Shown here: one piece after another, positions 25,405-38,456 of the stretch
Layout of the letters: the number at the start of each line of letters is the position of its first letter
Position numbering within the stretch: the stretch's first letter is position 1
Assembly (NCBI RefSeq): GCF_003704095.1
Contig: NW_020843670.1
Span: 124,001 to 188,000, forward strand
Source: Pocillopora damicornis
Lineage: Eukaryota
Direction: 5' to 3'
DNA length: 64,000 bases
Program-made: the position numbers and the translations under genes
The notes under the pieces: model-generated
Database searches by the model: none
What the model was told of the DNA's origin: nothing
Seen by the model: the letters and a program-made list of their open reading frames with translations, nothing else

Positions 25405-25689
25405 CAGTTCTTACATTATTGACCACACAACAAATTGTATTTTCTCCGTTACTGATGTGGTATGCTTACCAGTGATCGTTATGATCACATACATTTTTTA
25501 TGCTCAGCAGGTCTTTAGTGAATTCACTTTCACGGACAATTGATCATCACACTTGAAATTGCTAAGCAACAATCCTTGTGTCCAGTATTTGCACAATCGC
25601 AATTGCGCGTCTCACGCTTCGAACACTGTGTATCGTAAGTGCTTGAGGAATGCACTCCGGTGGAAAGCTTGGGTGGTTGAAATGCAACA

Positions 25690-28600
25690 ATGTGGGAAAA
25701 GATTAAGAGATACATTAGCTTCTGGTAAGACTTAAATCTAAAAACTAGATTGTTCGCTCATTATCACGACTTATTGTTAGAAGAACGCTTCAGAGGTGTT
25801 TACATTTTGGATTTATATGTTGAACAATGGAATAAATTGAGCGGCGCTGCATCGGACATGTGAGAGATAACGGGATTTCTATAGGTAGTTTGGTTAAACA
25901 GTTAGAAACGATTTTTATTCGTAGTTCCAAACAGCGAGTACTCTCACTTCAACAGTGTTAGTGATTGCGTACGAAACCGTAATAGTTACCGCTGGTAAGT
26001 TAGATAAGTTACGGGTCTTCAGGCGGTCGACACAAAAAACAATTCACGATCAAAACATTGCTTATATCATGCTCTTCCTACTCAAATAAAATAAGTGAAT
26101 TCTAACAGTTTTTTTCGTTTGTCCAGGAGCTCAGAACTTGAATTTTAGAGTAGTTAAACAAGTAATGATGCGTACGTGTGTAATTTTATCGCACTCACAA
26201 GTTTTAATATACCCTTTGTTGATTTAGATGTGACTACTGAGCAAGTAGTTCACTTAGATTATATGTAAGGAGCAGGCGTCTAGCATTGTCAGTCCTTTCC
26301 TCCTTTTCACCGGTAATTTGAACAATTTATCGTTACTGCAGCAACCAGTAGCAATGAATACACTGAGTGATTACGGAAAAGATATATGATAAAACATAAT
26401 TCATTGGAAAATTCCGCATAGGACCAAATGTGTGTCATGCATGGCTATGCATTAGTGATTCAAACGTGCTGTCGATATATGAAAGTCATATATTTGAACT
26501 GCGGATAAAGACGTGAATGTGAGAGCAATAAGGCCTGTATGGGATTTGAACCCATGACTTCTGTGATAAAAAAAGTTCAGGCCTGTTCGGGATTTGAACC
26601 GTACTGGCCTAAACTTTTTTTCAGGCCTTGTTTTCCCTACTTCTCCAGTAGTGCTCATGACTGCGAAGATCGCTTTCATATTCACGCCTTTATCCGCAAT
26701 TCAAATATGACTTTCATATATTCACAGCCGTTTATTCACCGCCTCACGGATTTATTTGCAACCAACACAATGACCAGCTCCCGGTTGGCATGTTAGATCA
26801 GCTTGTAGAGCGCTGCACCGGTATCGTAGAGGTCATGGGTTCAAATCCCGTACAGGCCTGAACATTTTTTTCAGGCCTAGTACTGCTCAAGTAGTGTTCA
26901 TTATTGCGAAGATCGCTTTCATACTCACGTGTTGTATTCTACTGTCAGTATGTGTGCAGAAGCAAACCACGGTTAATTTCCACGTCAATTCAAAGCTTTG
27001 AAGATACCGAACTCAAAAAGAAATTTAATTAGTTTTTAAACAATAACTTGGACTGTTCTCTTGCCAAAAAAAAATTGAGCTTGGCAAAAAACTGTAGGGG
27101 CAAGAGAATGATTTGCAGAAAAATAGACTGTCATTGGGGTTTGATTTTGAGACATGAATATACAGTTGTTCTTTATGATGATTATTCATGAAAGTTAAAC
27201 CATCACTTCCTAATCCTATCTAGTGGTCATTTTGGATAAGTCAAGGAGTTCTTGCCTAACGTAAGAAGTGCTCCACATGGGTGCAGCTTGCTCAAGTTCG
27301 CTGAAACAAATCAAGCATAAAAATGCATCTCCCTCTTCAACAAGGTAAATAAACTCATAGTCTGAAGCAAGACATTTACACCAATTAAACAGCCTATCCA
27401 TGATAAGGAAAGGCCCTTTTTATGGTTGATTTTTTTAGAATCCTTGATAAAAGAGGCTTCTGAAGGAGATCTGGACCACCTCTGCATATATCCAAACCTT
27501 CCATCCTTACTAGCAATTTTGATGCACGTATTTCTGCCAGAATGGACAAATAAGAAGGACCGTAGCATTAGGAGAAGGGAGACTCGATCTGGGAAATGAT
27601 ATTCTCCTCAGCGAGCAAATGTTTTTTGGAATGTCACGCAATGCTGCCGGAGAATGTTGCGTGCCAACCCACAAAAACGTTTGCAAAAGAAACCAGAGGG
27701 AGGACGGTAGGCAGAGTCCGAAATTCAGTGAGCAAGTTACTGTTTAAGAACGTTTCTTGATCATAAATTAAATTTGATTATGCAGGGCATCAAATGATTC
27801 TGGCAGAAAAACGAATGCAATGTCGATCTTGTCACCTGGCTCTGTCATATTTGACCCTACATCCTCAGAATCCAGGGCTTCGTCAGCAGCCACAAGGAGT
27901 ACTTTGCACCAGTCTCCTGAGCTTTTGGCACGATATAAAAGAGTCATGAGTGGAGACTTGGAACAAAGTTTGACCGCTAGGGCCAAGATTATCCGCATCT
28001 TTACCAGTTCTACATTTACAGGTTATTACTATTGTCATTAAAGTAAAATATTTCATCATCGTATTCGTTACCATTGCCATTGCTATTATATTTTCGTGAT
28101 CAACTAATTGAATGGTATCATTACCACTATTGATACTGTCGTTGTCGCTGTTTTTTTGCAGTGTGATACGACCTCTTTTTGGCTCTTAGCAGTTATAAGC
28201 ATTTCAACTAAACCACGAGGATCGTATAGATTTTTTCTTTAACCAATTAGTGAAATTATGGTAGTTTGCATTAAAAAATGTTGATGGGTTGGCGCAGTAG
28301 AGAGATTAGACGTGCTTTAGGGCTCAGATCAACCGTTCCAGGCTCAAACCCTATCCTAACGGAAATAATGTGAGAGACCTGTGGTATACGAACTTCCCAT
28401 ATCCTTATGAGGACGAGTTATAATGGTTATACGAAGAGTTTCCCTGATATATTTAGCACAATTTTTTCCAATGCTTCTGTCTTTGATTAGACATGGCGGC
28501 TGAAAGGAACGCCCTGATGGAGAGAATCTATCCAAAATTAAAGGAGTTTGCTCAGGAGAAGGGTTACGAGTTTCAGGTTTGTCAAATTTAAGCGCTCGAC

Positions 28601-31600
28601 CAAGAGCCATTAGAATCTAGGAGGAGACAGCTACTGCTTCTATACTCAGTCTTCAACAAATGCTAATAATAACCTCTATTGTTTTCAGGTCGTTGATATG
28701 CGTTGGGGTGTCCGTGACGAGTCCACTGATGATCACTCCACACTGGAACTGTGCTTAAAGGAACTTAAGGCCTGTCAGGACCTTTCAACTGGACCTAATT
28801 TTATGGTAAATATAACTACAATCCATTATGTGCTTATACGTGAAGTCTCCAGTGTTGTTTCGGAACACTGAGACGGCGCCATGCTGAGCGAAATGGTTCT
28901 ATCGTGATTGTATAGAAATTGGCATGGCACGCACCAAACGCTCGGTCTGTGCCTATGTGCTAACGACTACATCTTACAACAGAATCTTACCAACAAATCG
29001 TACTGAACTGACTGACAAACTCCTTGCTAATTTCCCGTTTTCTTAACATTAGGCATTTCTAGGCCAAAAGTACGGTTTCCGCCCGATTCCATCCAAAATA
29101 CCTTTAAAAGAATTTGAAGAGCTCCTCAGTCAAATGAAAGACAAAGAGGAGAAAGCACTGCTGGAAAAGTGGTTTAAATGTGACATGAACGCAGTACCAC
29201 CGATGTACGTTCTGCAGCCAATCAGCTATCACATTCCTAATAGCCTCTGTCACGATGCTGATCAGAGGAAAGTCGCTTTGCAGAATTGGAGTCAGGTTTT
29301 TTCTCAGATTCAGGACATTCTCAGACGAGAAGCAAAAAAGTTGCATGGAGCTGCAAGTATTGGCGAATTGCACAAGTATTTCATGTCGGGTAAGAAACCT
29401 TTATGGTCAAGTGGACGATAAACGGAGATTATCCGCAAATTCGACATTTTTAAAGGGAATACTTCAAATTGAAAAGGGTTTGAAGGAGCTGAAGTCATGA
29501 TTTTTGTTTAGGTAATTTAGATAAGAAATAATGACGCGGTGGAAATGTGGGACTAGAGGAGAGGAATGTGTGTTTCTTCAATGTGGAAATGGCAAAATTT
29601 AATAAGTTTCACCCGAGGCTCTATCAATTAAAAATTAAATGTTAAAAAAATTAAAATTCTGTCTTTTCGGAAGTGAGCTTGTTATTGGCCCTTTTTTGAT
29701 TACTTTCTCTGCGATGGCAACCTTTTAAAAGAATAGTTTCGTTCGAGCCACTCCGAGATTGATCTCATTTAAGGCTATTTAACTATTTTTAACGTCCCTT
29801 CATTTCACAAAATTCCTGACTGCTTTACGTGGAATGAAGGCTCCGGATTTGTTTACAGTTAAAACGGCTTTTCGCATTGGCCATAAGATGAAGAATTTGC
29901 ATCTCAGTTAAGAGGATTATACACAAAGGAATCACGAATGAGGATCATATCTCGATGGTAAGGAGTGTGTCTTACTTAAAGCCCCCATTTTATTTGTAGT
30001 GACCGAAAGCGAGATTCGCAGTGGTGTTCTATGCGGGCCAAACCCGGATGAAAATTGCTTGTGGATAAATAGAAATATCCAGGACCTCGAGTATAACTTG
30101 CAGAGTGAAAATGCCCATTACTTCATTGACATCAAGTATGATACAAAGGAGATCGACACTGATGCACAGGAAATGTTACAGGTAAACAGTTTGCGCATCG
30201 GCTGACCTTTTAAGAGCCTTTTTATAACAACAGAGTAGAGAAGACCCAAAATTGATCATTTATATCTCTTTCCCCAAAGTGATGAAATTGTTCCTTCTGC
30301 TTTTAACGTTAACATATGCAAGCAAAGAGGTGACGAGAGTACTGGAGCATGTTATTCCAATTTATACTAGATTCTATTAACTATCGTGGAAGGGAAACAT
30401 GACACCAAGAGGGGAGCATCAAGGAAAAGTCCTGTAACATCCCTCAAAAAATTGATCTTAAAGGAAAACGGCCGCAGTTACACACATTGCGTTTTATACG
30501 AGTTTGATAGCTTGTATATCATGGACCTGTTTTGTCGAAAAGGCTTGACGCCATCCTTTGAATTCGTTTGCAGCATCTTAAGGACGTCGTGACATTGGCC
30601 GTACCTGCCTTAAACATCAGGAGATTTGAAGTTGACTGGAACTCTGAAGGGATTTCTCCCTCCACGATACCCGAGCACGAAGAATATATAAATAACTTGT
30701 GTAGAGAAGTGGAATATTTGATGAAAGAAAAGATCATTCACTCCATAAACAAGAGAATCAGAGAGGATGTTAGTGATCCGCTGTACGAGGAAGTTGTGCA
30801 ACATTTAAAGTTTTGCCAGACCAAGTGCGAGACGTTTTACGGACGGAAAGAAATCCTAGATCGATGCAAAGCTTATCTCCAGGTAAACATTTTACATAAT
30901 TGCATTGGCGCTACATTACATCTAATCCTTTCACTGTATTCAACAATAATTTTGTGGAAACAAAAGTACAAAGAAATTCAACAATCAGCATTCTTGAAAT
31001 TGCGTATCAGGTCTTTAGAATATATTTTTTTTTAGGATGATAGATGTGACCCGCTCGTGATTCACGGTCAGTCAGGGTGTGGCAAGACCTCAGTGGTTTC
31101 TATGGCAGCCAAAGAAGTCTGGAATTGTTTCAGCCAATCGAACATTGTCATTCGATATATTGGAACAACACCAAATTCTTCTCAAGTTCGTCTTCTGCTT
31201 TACAGTGTCTGCCAACAAATCTGCTTTATCTACGGCCGAGACCCTACCAAAATCAGACAGGTGTGTATATTTAATTTGGAAAGGCGCGCTTTTTTTGGAT
31301 TGACGTGTTTCAAATTTGATTGTGCCCCATATTGCTTATCAAGACCTTTTCGTTAATTCTTCTGAGTCTTGACTGGCGTGCGAAAACATCATTATACTCA
31401 AACAAGATAATATAATCTCGTGACTCAAAAGATTGATTGCAAAGATGTCAAGATTGCAGTTAAAAGATGGATATACGGATAACGATTCACTGCGATATGG
31501 ATTATGGAATTAAATTTCTTTCTCATCTTTTTCACAGGACATGAAAGAGCTGCAGGAAGATTTCATAACCTGCCTTAGCTTTGCCAACTCGGACGAACCG

Positions 31601-34600
31601 CTTTTCGTTTTGCTTGATTCTCTGGATCAGTTTGGACCAGAAGATAACGCAAGACAACTGAATTGGTTACCTACAGTTCTCCCAGGCCACGTTAAACTCG
31701 TTGTGTCTACTTTACCTGACGGCCAATACGAGTGCTTTCCAATTTTAGAGGTTTGTCATTTCCAATTAATCATGTGAAACGAACGGTATCACGAACATTC
31801 TTACTTCAGTGGTTTCTACGATCAATTCGGCCCAAAGTGAAGTCTTCAAAGTTAAGCTCTACTTAATTGCTACTATATGTAAAGCAATGAGAAGCACGCT
31901 CAAAATACTGTTCTTCATCTAGTACTTGAATGGTTGTATATAATGCTTTTGCATCACACAAGATATTAATAGAAGTACTTTAGCAGTAACCTACATCATA
32001 GAGGTGTTTTAAAAGGAATGCGTCAGTTGAGGGTAAGAAGGCCAAACACTTGCAAATTAATTATGAGCTGTACTCCGGGCATCGAGCGCAGTTGTTTCCC
32101 ATAAGGATCTCCCGCTCGGTATATAACATATATGCTACCTCGTTTCATTTCTAGTCTTTACTCAAAGAAGAGAACTTTATAGAGGTCCCAAAGCTACCAG
32201 AAGAAGACGCATTCCAGATTCTCAGCAATTGGCTTAATGGTGGTGGCAGAATTCTCTCTTCCAACCAGGAAGTCATTGTTAAAGAATCTCTTCAAAAGTG
32301 TTCTCTCCCAATCTTTATCAGAGTCGCGTTTGATGAAGCCCTGAGATGGAAGTCCTACTCTTCGCCCAGCGAGACTGTACTTCAAGATACAGTCAGAGGT
32401 AAACAAATGTTAGTTATGTTACTGTGTTTGGAACTGAGCCTACTTCAATCTCGGTAGAGACACGACAAACCCACGTGTATCAATGGACTTCATAACAACT
32501 TAACTGTTAGACGAAACCTAATTTTGGTATCAATTAAAGGCCACAATCTACATTACTTAAATAATGTTTCGGTGAGTTAACACGTACTCAGTGCAAGTCA
32601 TGATTTCTCTATTATATTGGCCGAAATAGGCGCTGTAAATGCTTTGTTTGAGAGGATTGAGCTTCAGCACGGAAGAGTATTGGTGCGGCAAGCCCTCGCT
32701 TACATTACTGCTGCAAAGAGCGGATTGACTGTAACTGAAATAGAGGACTTACTATCCTGCGATGATCGCGTTTTGGATGACGTTTATCAGTACTGGACAC
32801 CACCTATCAGACGTATCCCTCCGTTGCTTTGGGTTCGTATACGGAGTGATTTGGCAGGTTACCTTGTGGACAGAGGTGCAGACGGTGCAAGTGTTATCAC
32901 TTGGTATCACAGACAATTTATCGAGGCCGCAAGAGCTAGATACTTGTCTGAAGAAGAGGAATGGACATTTACTCATCAGGCTTTAGGTGAATATTTCTTG
33001 GGTGTGTGGGCAAACGGAAAAAGGAAGCCGTACCAGACGAGTAAAGGGCAAGTCCTTGAAGCTGACCGTTTTGTTTCTCATCAGCCGTGGACATTTGAGG
33101 GAAACAAAGAGTCAAAGAATTTCAATTTTCGCAAGATAAACGAGCTCCCCTATCATTTGGTGTTGTGCAACAACGTCGAAGCATTAAAACGAGAAGTACT
33201 TTGTAACTTCACATTCCTTCTTACCTGTTTAGAATCAAGTTCCCTCCGGGACCTTATGGATGATTTTGATTTTGCCCTTGAGAAAATTGTCGACGACGAC
33301 ATCCAACTTGTGAAGGAAACCTTACAACTTTCCACTTTTGCTCTACTACAACATCCAGCGCAGCTAGCCACACAGCTACTCGGACGCATTAAAACATCAG
33401 AATCGAATTATGTAAAAGCTTTACTGGACCAGGCACGACACCCATGGCAACCCTGTCTTTTACCCACTTCTGTGTGCTTAACATCACCTGGTGGACCATT
33501 AGTTCATTCGATGCCCGGGCAACTAAAGCCATCATCTGCTATCAATGCAAGTGCGGATGGAAAGCTTATAGCGAGTGCTTCTGTTGATACAACTTGTTCG
33601 GTCTGGGATATTAAGTCAGGAAGATTGATTCGGACGTTGGAAGGAGTAGGTAAGGTCTCAATATTCCCTTTTTGACTTGAGTTAGATTGATATGACAAAT
33701 ATAACAAATGACAAACATTAGCCTGCAGTGCAGGCGTCTTATGAGAGCGAGTAAGCGGTAAGAAGCTCCCGATCGTTTATCTAACCCCCCATGTCTGTTT
33801 GAAGATAGAGGCGGTGGGGGGAAGGGGGGCGGGGAAGGCGAAAAGATGCCTGCCCGAGGAGGCTGCTGAAAAGCAAAACACCCTCTGATGAGTTGCGCGT
33901 CACTGCATTCCGGAAAGTAGCAGGTAACCAAACAAAATGAGTTAAATAAAAAAACCGGAAGCACAGTCTTCTGATAAAAACAAACACACGTAGAGCCGAT
34001 GATTGAACAGGTGCGGCAGTTGTTTCAGCCGGGAAAGAAATGGCATCGACAAAACCTCCTCCGCAGTCACAAATATGAGCTGATATTTGCTGTAATCTAT
34101 ATTTTCGAAACGACAATCCTTGATTGTAGCTGCCGTTTATCCGTTTGACGATTTTTCTTCCATTTGGTCGTATAAGATGCTTCGAAGTAGACAAACAACA
34201 ACATTTTCTCCGTCATAATTTTTTTCATACGAACCAACACCTGAAACATAGGCTTTCCCTAAAGCTAGCTGGCAACACGGCCAGTAGATCCTCTCCAGAA
34301 ACCAGTGTAGAAATTGCTTCTTTTTGTTCCGATTTTAATGTGCGAGAAATACCAAATTCCGAAAGACACAATTAGGTGCTTCATCAAAAACGGAATCGAA
34401 ACTAACAACTTTTTCATCGACAGAGTTCGCAATCTTTCTCTTTTTCCTCCAAGAGCAAAATATCCAAATAACACATTTGGCTTGTGATTGACGGCTGGAG
34501 TTTAACCGCACTAATCAGAAACTCCATTCGTGGGCGAACGCAGTTTTGCAAAAATATCAATGACCTCGGGCAGGCGTAAACTTCATCCCCCTACCCCTAC

Positions 34601-37600
34601 CCCTCTCTTTATTTCTGACTGTCGACCACCCCCTTGGTACAAAATTCTTTCTCTCCCCAACCTTCCGCTCTCATTAAGATAACAGATGGCGGCCGTAATT
34701 TTCGCCAAGAAAATACTGCGCACTTACTCGCCAAAATTAGGCCTGCTCTGCAGGCTAGACAAACATTTACCATTGCATTTCCTTGCCACCGCAACAAAGT
34801 GATTCTATGTTGATGACCAAGGTCCTAGAACTCATACTTGAGGACGGGGTAAGAGTTTGTCTTAATAACTTCATCCAGATTCATTTACCCTTTCTTCATC
34901 AACTGGAAATATATTTCAACCGAAAATTTAAATCAAAATTGCAGAAACTGAAGTTATTTTGGATTGGGTCTACAATAATTTAAAGACATTTCCGGTTTTT
35001 CGAAGAAATGATGATACAAAGGCAGCAGCGTTGTAGTTTTTCTAATCCGCAACGCCTTTCGACAAGGATCACTAGCTTGTCATTATCACATTTTATAGTT
35101 CATTCAAGTCGTTCCTCTTTTTATTCCTGTGGCCTTTTAGGTGATGATGTCTGGTTTGTGACGATAACCCCTGATAATTCAACAGTTGTGACCTCAAAGC
35201 CCGGTTCCATATCTGCTTGGAGGCTTTCTACCGGCCAAAGGGTGTTTCTCTTAGAGAAGCTTACAGTTGTGACGCCAATTTGTGTTTTTAAAGGCTATAA
35301 TACAGTTGTGTTGGTGACAATTTTTAACCAACACATCAAGCTATTTGACTTGCATACAGGCAATCAGATTAAAGAAATTTATGACGATATGCTACCAAAG
35401 GAAAGTGCAATGTCATTACCGGTTATTTTGTGTTCTCTTGATGATCACAATGTTCTCTACACGAGCAGGGGCACATTATCCGGAGTTGCTTCCTCAAGAA
35501 GTTGGATCAGTGCTGCTAATTTGGACACCGGTAAAGTAGAGGTGAAGATGCAGATCGGTCCTGGCTTTACGGTACAATTTATTGGTGTCACAGCCTTTGA
35601 CACGTTACTTTTAGTGATGTGTGAAGGAGAACCAGATTCGAGGAAGGGATCCGCCGTTAAGACCAAATTTTTCATTTTGGAACTTTGGAATGTTTCGAAG
35701 AAGGTTTTAATTCGTAAGCTTGTAGACCTGTCAGAGAAAGTACGATGCTATGCATTATCGTCCGACAAATCAAAAGCTTTGACATTGGGAAACTCAAGGT
35801 TTTTACCAAATGCTAACGTTTTCCGGGCTGAATTAAAAGTGTTTGACTTGGAATCTGGCGACATTACCGCACAGATGTTGACTTACCCAAGCACTATTCA
35901 CCTAGTGGAGTTTGTTGATTTTAATCACGTCATTACGGCATCTCGGGACAAGATCGTTCGACTGTGGGATTTAGAAAGGAACGTTTCATCACCGGAAGAC
36001 GAGAATGATGAGGAGGGCGAAGTAGAAGTCGTCAGTGTCTTTGGGTACCAAGCGATCTGTTGGGAGAAAAATGGAGTACGTCTGATAGACTTTCAAGAAG
36101 GAAATTTTATCCAGTTTATAAACGGAATACAACCTCAAGTGGTTTGTGTTAGCGACAGTGAAGTCATTCTGGTGTCATCTGGAAAGATTTACTTATTTGA
36201 CATGAACGAGAGACAATTTATCCATCAATTTGATGGGGATACCTGTCAAGGAGGACTACCAAACAGCTGTTTTGTTTACAAACAGACTCAGGTGATTGCC
36301 ATATCTGGCGATCAGCGGTCTCTATGCGTGTTCGACATCAGTGATGGCAAGAGAATAGATCAGCTGGAATGTGAACATATTAGAAGGTCAGTGGAAACAA
36401 TAACTTAGGATTATTTCTTGCTCTTTTACAGCGTTAAATTTTTTTACCTTTACCAAGGTACCCAGTCACCTCACCACCAGGAAGACTCGTCACCAGCGAG
36501 CTCGCCACAAAGTATAATCGATCTCGTCGCCATCGACCTCGTAACCATCGTTTTATCGACCTCGCCAACAAGGCATGTTACCTCGCCACCAAGTGTTATG
36601 GAGTTAAAAGTTATCAGGATCGCCTTTTGAGTTTTCAAACACTCTTTTTGTCGGCAAAAAATGCATGCGATCGATGACAGTTCTTTTCGATCGTGTCATT
36701 CGTTCGTTCGATTAAAAAGTTGCAGTAACTTTCGTTGAATTTCTTTTGATGAACGTTCCAAATATTTACAGGTTAGACTTCGTTCGATATTCCGTTTGAT
36801 ATCTTCTTTGATCAGATCAAATTGGTGGCTTTCGATCATTGTGCGCATTTGACGCCTTCCCCCATCTTGAGAAAACTATTAGGCCTTCAGCATGGCTCTA
36901 CAGTATTGCCCAAGGCATTGTTATGGCGATGCTCGCGAGACTCAAGCTCAAACTTAGGAGTCGCCAAAAGCTTTGGATTTAGACCAAATTAGCTAACGAC
37001 CTTGGTGGCGAGTTTACTGGTGGCGACTAGATGGTGGTGACCCAGCTGTTAGCGAGTCTTCGTGGTGGCGAGTTGACTGTAAACCGATACAAATATGAAA
37101 CAGATTCCTCGTGAATCGACCGGTCTCTTGACATTTCATTTTTTAGTACCGAATGACAGCCTTAAATATAATATTAAAATATATGAATCTTAAAAATTTA
37201 TTGTTGTCTTTATGTTAAGACTTGTCCATTCCCAAGATGGCGAAATCTGTGTTTCTGGGCACAGCGTCGTAAATGATGATGAGGCTAGGTCGTGGTATAG
37301 CTACTCTGTGTGGGATATGAATGAGAAGACGTGTATCCAAATAATTACCCTGGAAGAATCACAGGCAGATTTCAGTGGTGAGTCTGAATGATTTCAAGTG
37401 TCAAATAGTCAACCAATGATGGCCTGGGTGATTTCAATTATTTCTGTTTTGTCCTTAAACGCTCCTTAAAAGACTGATAATAAAAACACGGGTAACGAAT
37501 AAGTATTAGAACAAGGCGATACTAAATTCAAGCAAGCATTAACCAAGCGTTTATGTACGTGTACATAGGACTAAGAAAATCTCCACAATTAGTCAATGAG

Positions 37601-38456
37601 TTCAATGGCCTAAAAGGTTGCGTTCAATGGGTACATATTACATGAAAACATCGGTGTCTTCCCCCAAATGTTATACTCCACGTAAGATTGGTCATTCCAA
37701 GTTTTTAAGCTCATCGCGACTAAATTAGATCTCTATATGAGTAATGGCACGTTCAGAGGGAGTAGTGATCAATTGCAGTACCCTGCGAACACTATTGATT
37801 TCAACAAGTAATTGATAATATCGTGCCCTTTACTGCTCATATGGACAACATTTTAATGATTTCCTTCTTTTGTAGAAATGCAACTGGCTGCAGATGGGAA
37901 TCTCCTTTCAGATATAGTCTACAATCTTGCTACCCAGCTCTACAGTGCAGTTGTGTATGAAGTGCATACAGGAAGGCTCTTGTTTAAATCAAAAACGGAG
38001 CACCATGTTCATTCAGTTGCCATAATCGCGGAAACCAGAACCTTGATTTTGGGTTTGTTTGATGGTACAATGGAGCTCTATGACGTAGGAAAAGGAACGT
38101 GTGTTCAAAGGCTTAAGCATGCGCACCTCGGTGCTATTCATCGGATTTACACAACCAACGATGGCTCTGTTGCGATGACAACTGCAGGAGGATTAGATTC
38201 GAAAGATCGGTCGATTCGTTTTTGGAGACTGTGCAAAAGTAAACTCACGCTGTTTACTGTGTTCACACCAGATGCAAAAGTATCATCAATGAACCTTTCT
38301 GGCGATGGCCAGCTTGTAGCTTTAGAAGTAACCGAAGTAGTTCCTTTTGTTCTTGTCAGAGGAACACAGCGAGAAGTAAATCGATTCAGCGACCTTGACC
38401 GATTCACTTGTAATTATATTGTAGATTTAGCGGACTTGAAGGTCCTTCATACATAA
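25690..38456 (+). CDS. NACHT- and WD40-domain protein (NWD1/NWD2-like; DUF4062-like N-terminus, STAND NTPase, WD40 propellers), ~1660 aa; exons 25690-25724 (tentative), 27786-28021, 28491-28576, 28689-28805, 29053-29389, 30000-30181, 30574-30882, 31036-31260, 31538-31750, 32155-32398, 32630-33649, 35141-36386, 37220-37377, 37876-38456
   Basis: RIFTSSTFTD-MAAERNALMERIYPKLK...VVDMRWGV...ELCLKELKACQ..STGPNFMAFLGQKYG (DUF4062-like); Walker A GQSGCGKT; Walker B LFVLLDSLDQ; winged-helix region GLTVTEIEDLLSCDDRVLDDVYQYWTPPIRRIPPLLWVRIRSDL...WYHRQF; WD repeats ASASVDTTCSVWD, ITASRDKIVRLWD, DRSIRFW. All phases are compatible; AATAAA near 38632. If the first exon is wrong, the start is the ATG at 27820. 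NWD1 vs NWD2 cannot be resolved by eye. Confidence 0.92.
26475..26930 (+). repeat. tRNA-related dispersed repeat with internal inverted and direct duplications
   Basis: tRNA-like segment TAGATCAGCTTGTAGAGCG...GGTTCAAATCCC (about 26793-26850); its inverted copy GGGATTTGAACCCATGAC at about 26541; direct repeat ttcaggcct..agtagtg..tgcgaagatcgctttcata twice. Related fragments at about 4225-4330 and 8548-8762. Confidence 0.7.
33719..34757. mobile_element. Non-autonomous DNA transposon with TAG...CTA termini and 9-bp TSD (Academ-like)
   Basis: TIR TAGCCTGCAGTGCAGGC / GCCTGCTCTGCAGGCTA (16/17), extended by GCGAGTAAG / CTTACTCGC; perfect 9-bp duplication GACAAACAT (33710-33718, 34758-34766). In an NWD intron. 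Confidence 0.88.
36457..37085. mobile_element. MITE with CTCGCCAC subterminal repeats; termini related to the 10948-12086 element
   Basis: Left GGTACCCAGTCACCTCACCACCAGGAAGACTCG vs right CGAGTCTTCGTGGTGGCGAGTTGACTGTAAACC; many CTCG(C/T)CAC / GTGGCGAG motifs. No clean TSD. Confidence 0.7.

Noticed and set aside
26785-26860. tRNA gene
   Set aside because: A/B-box-like motifs sit inside a multi-copy repeat and no proper acceptor stem is evident; same for about 13680-13765 and 9690-9752.
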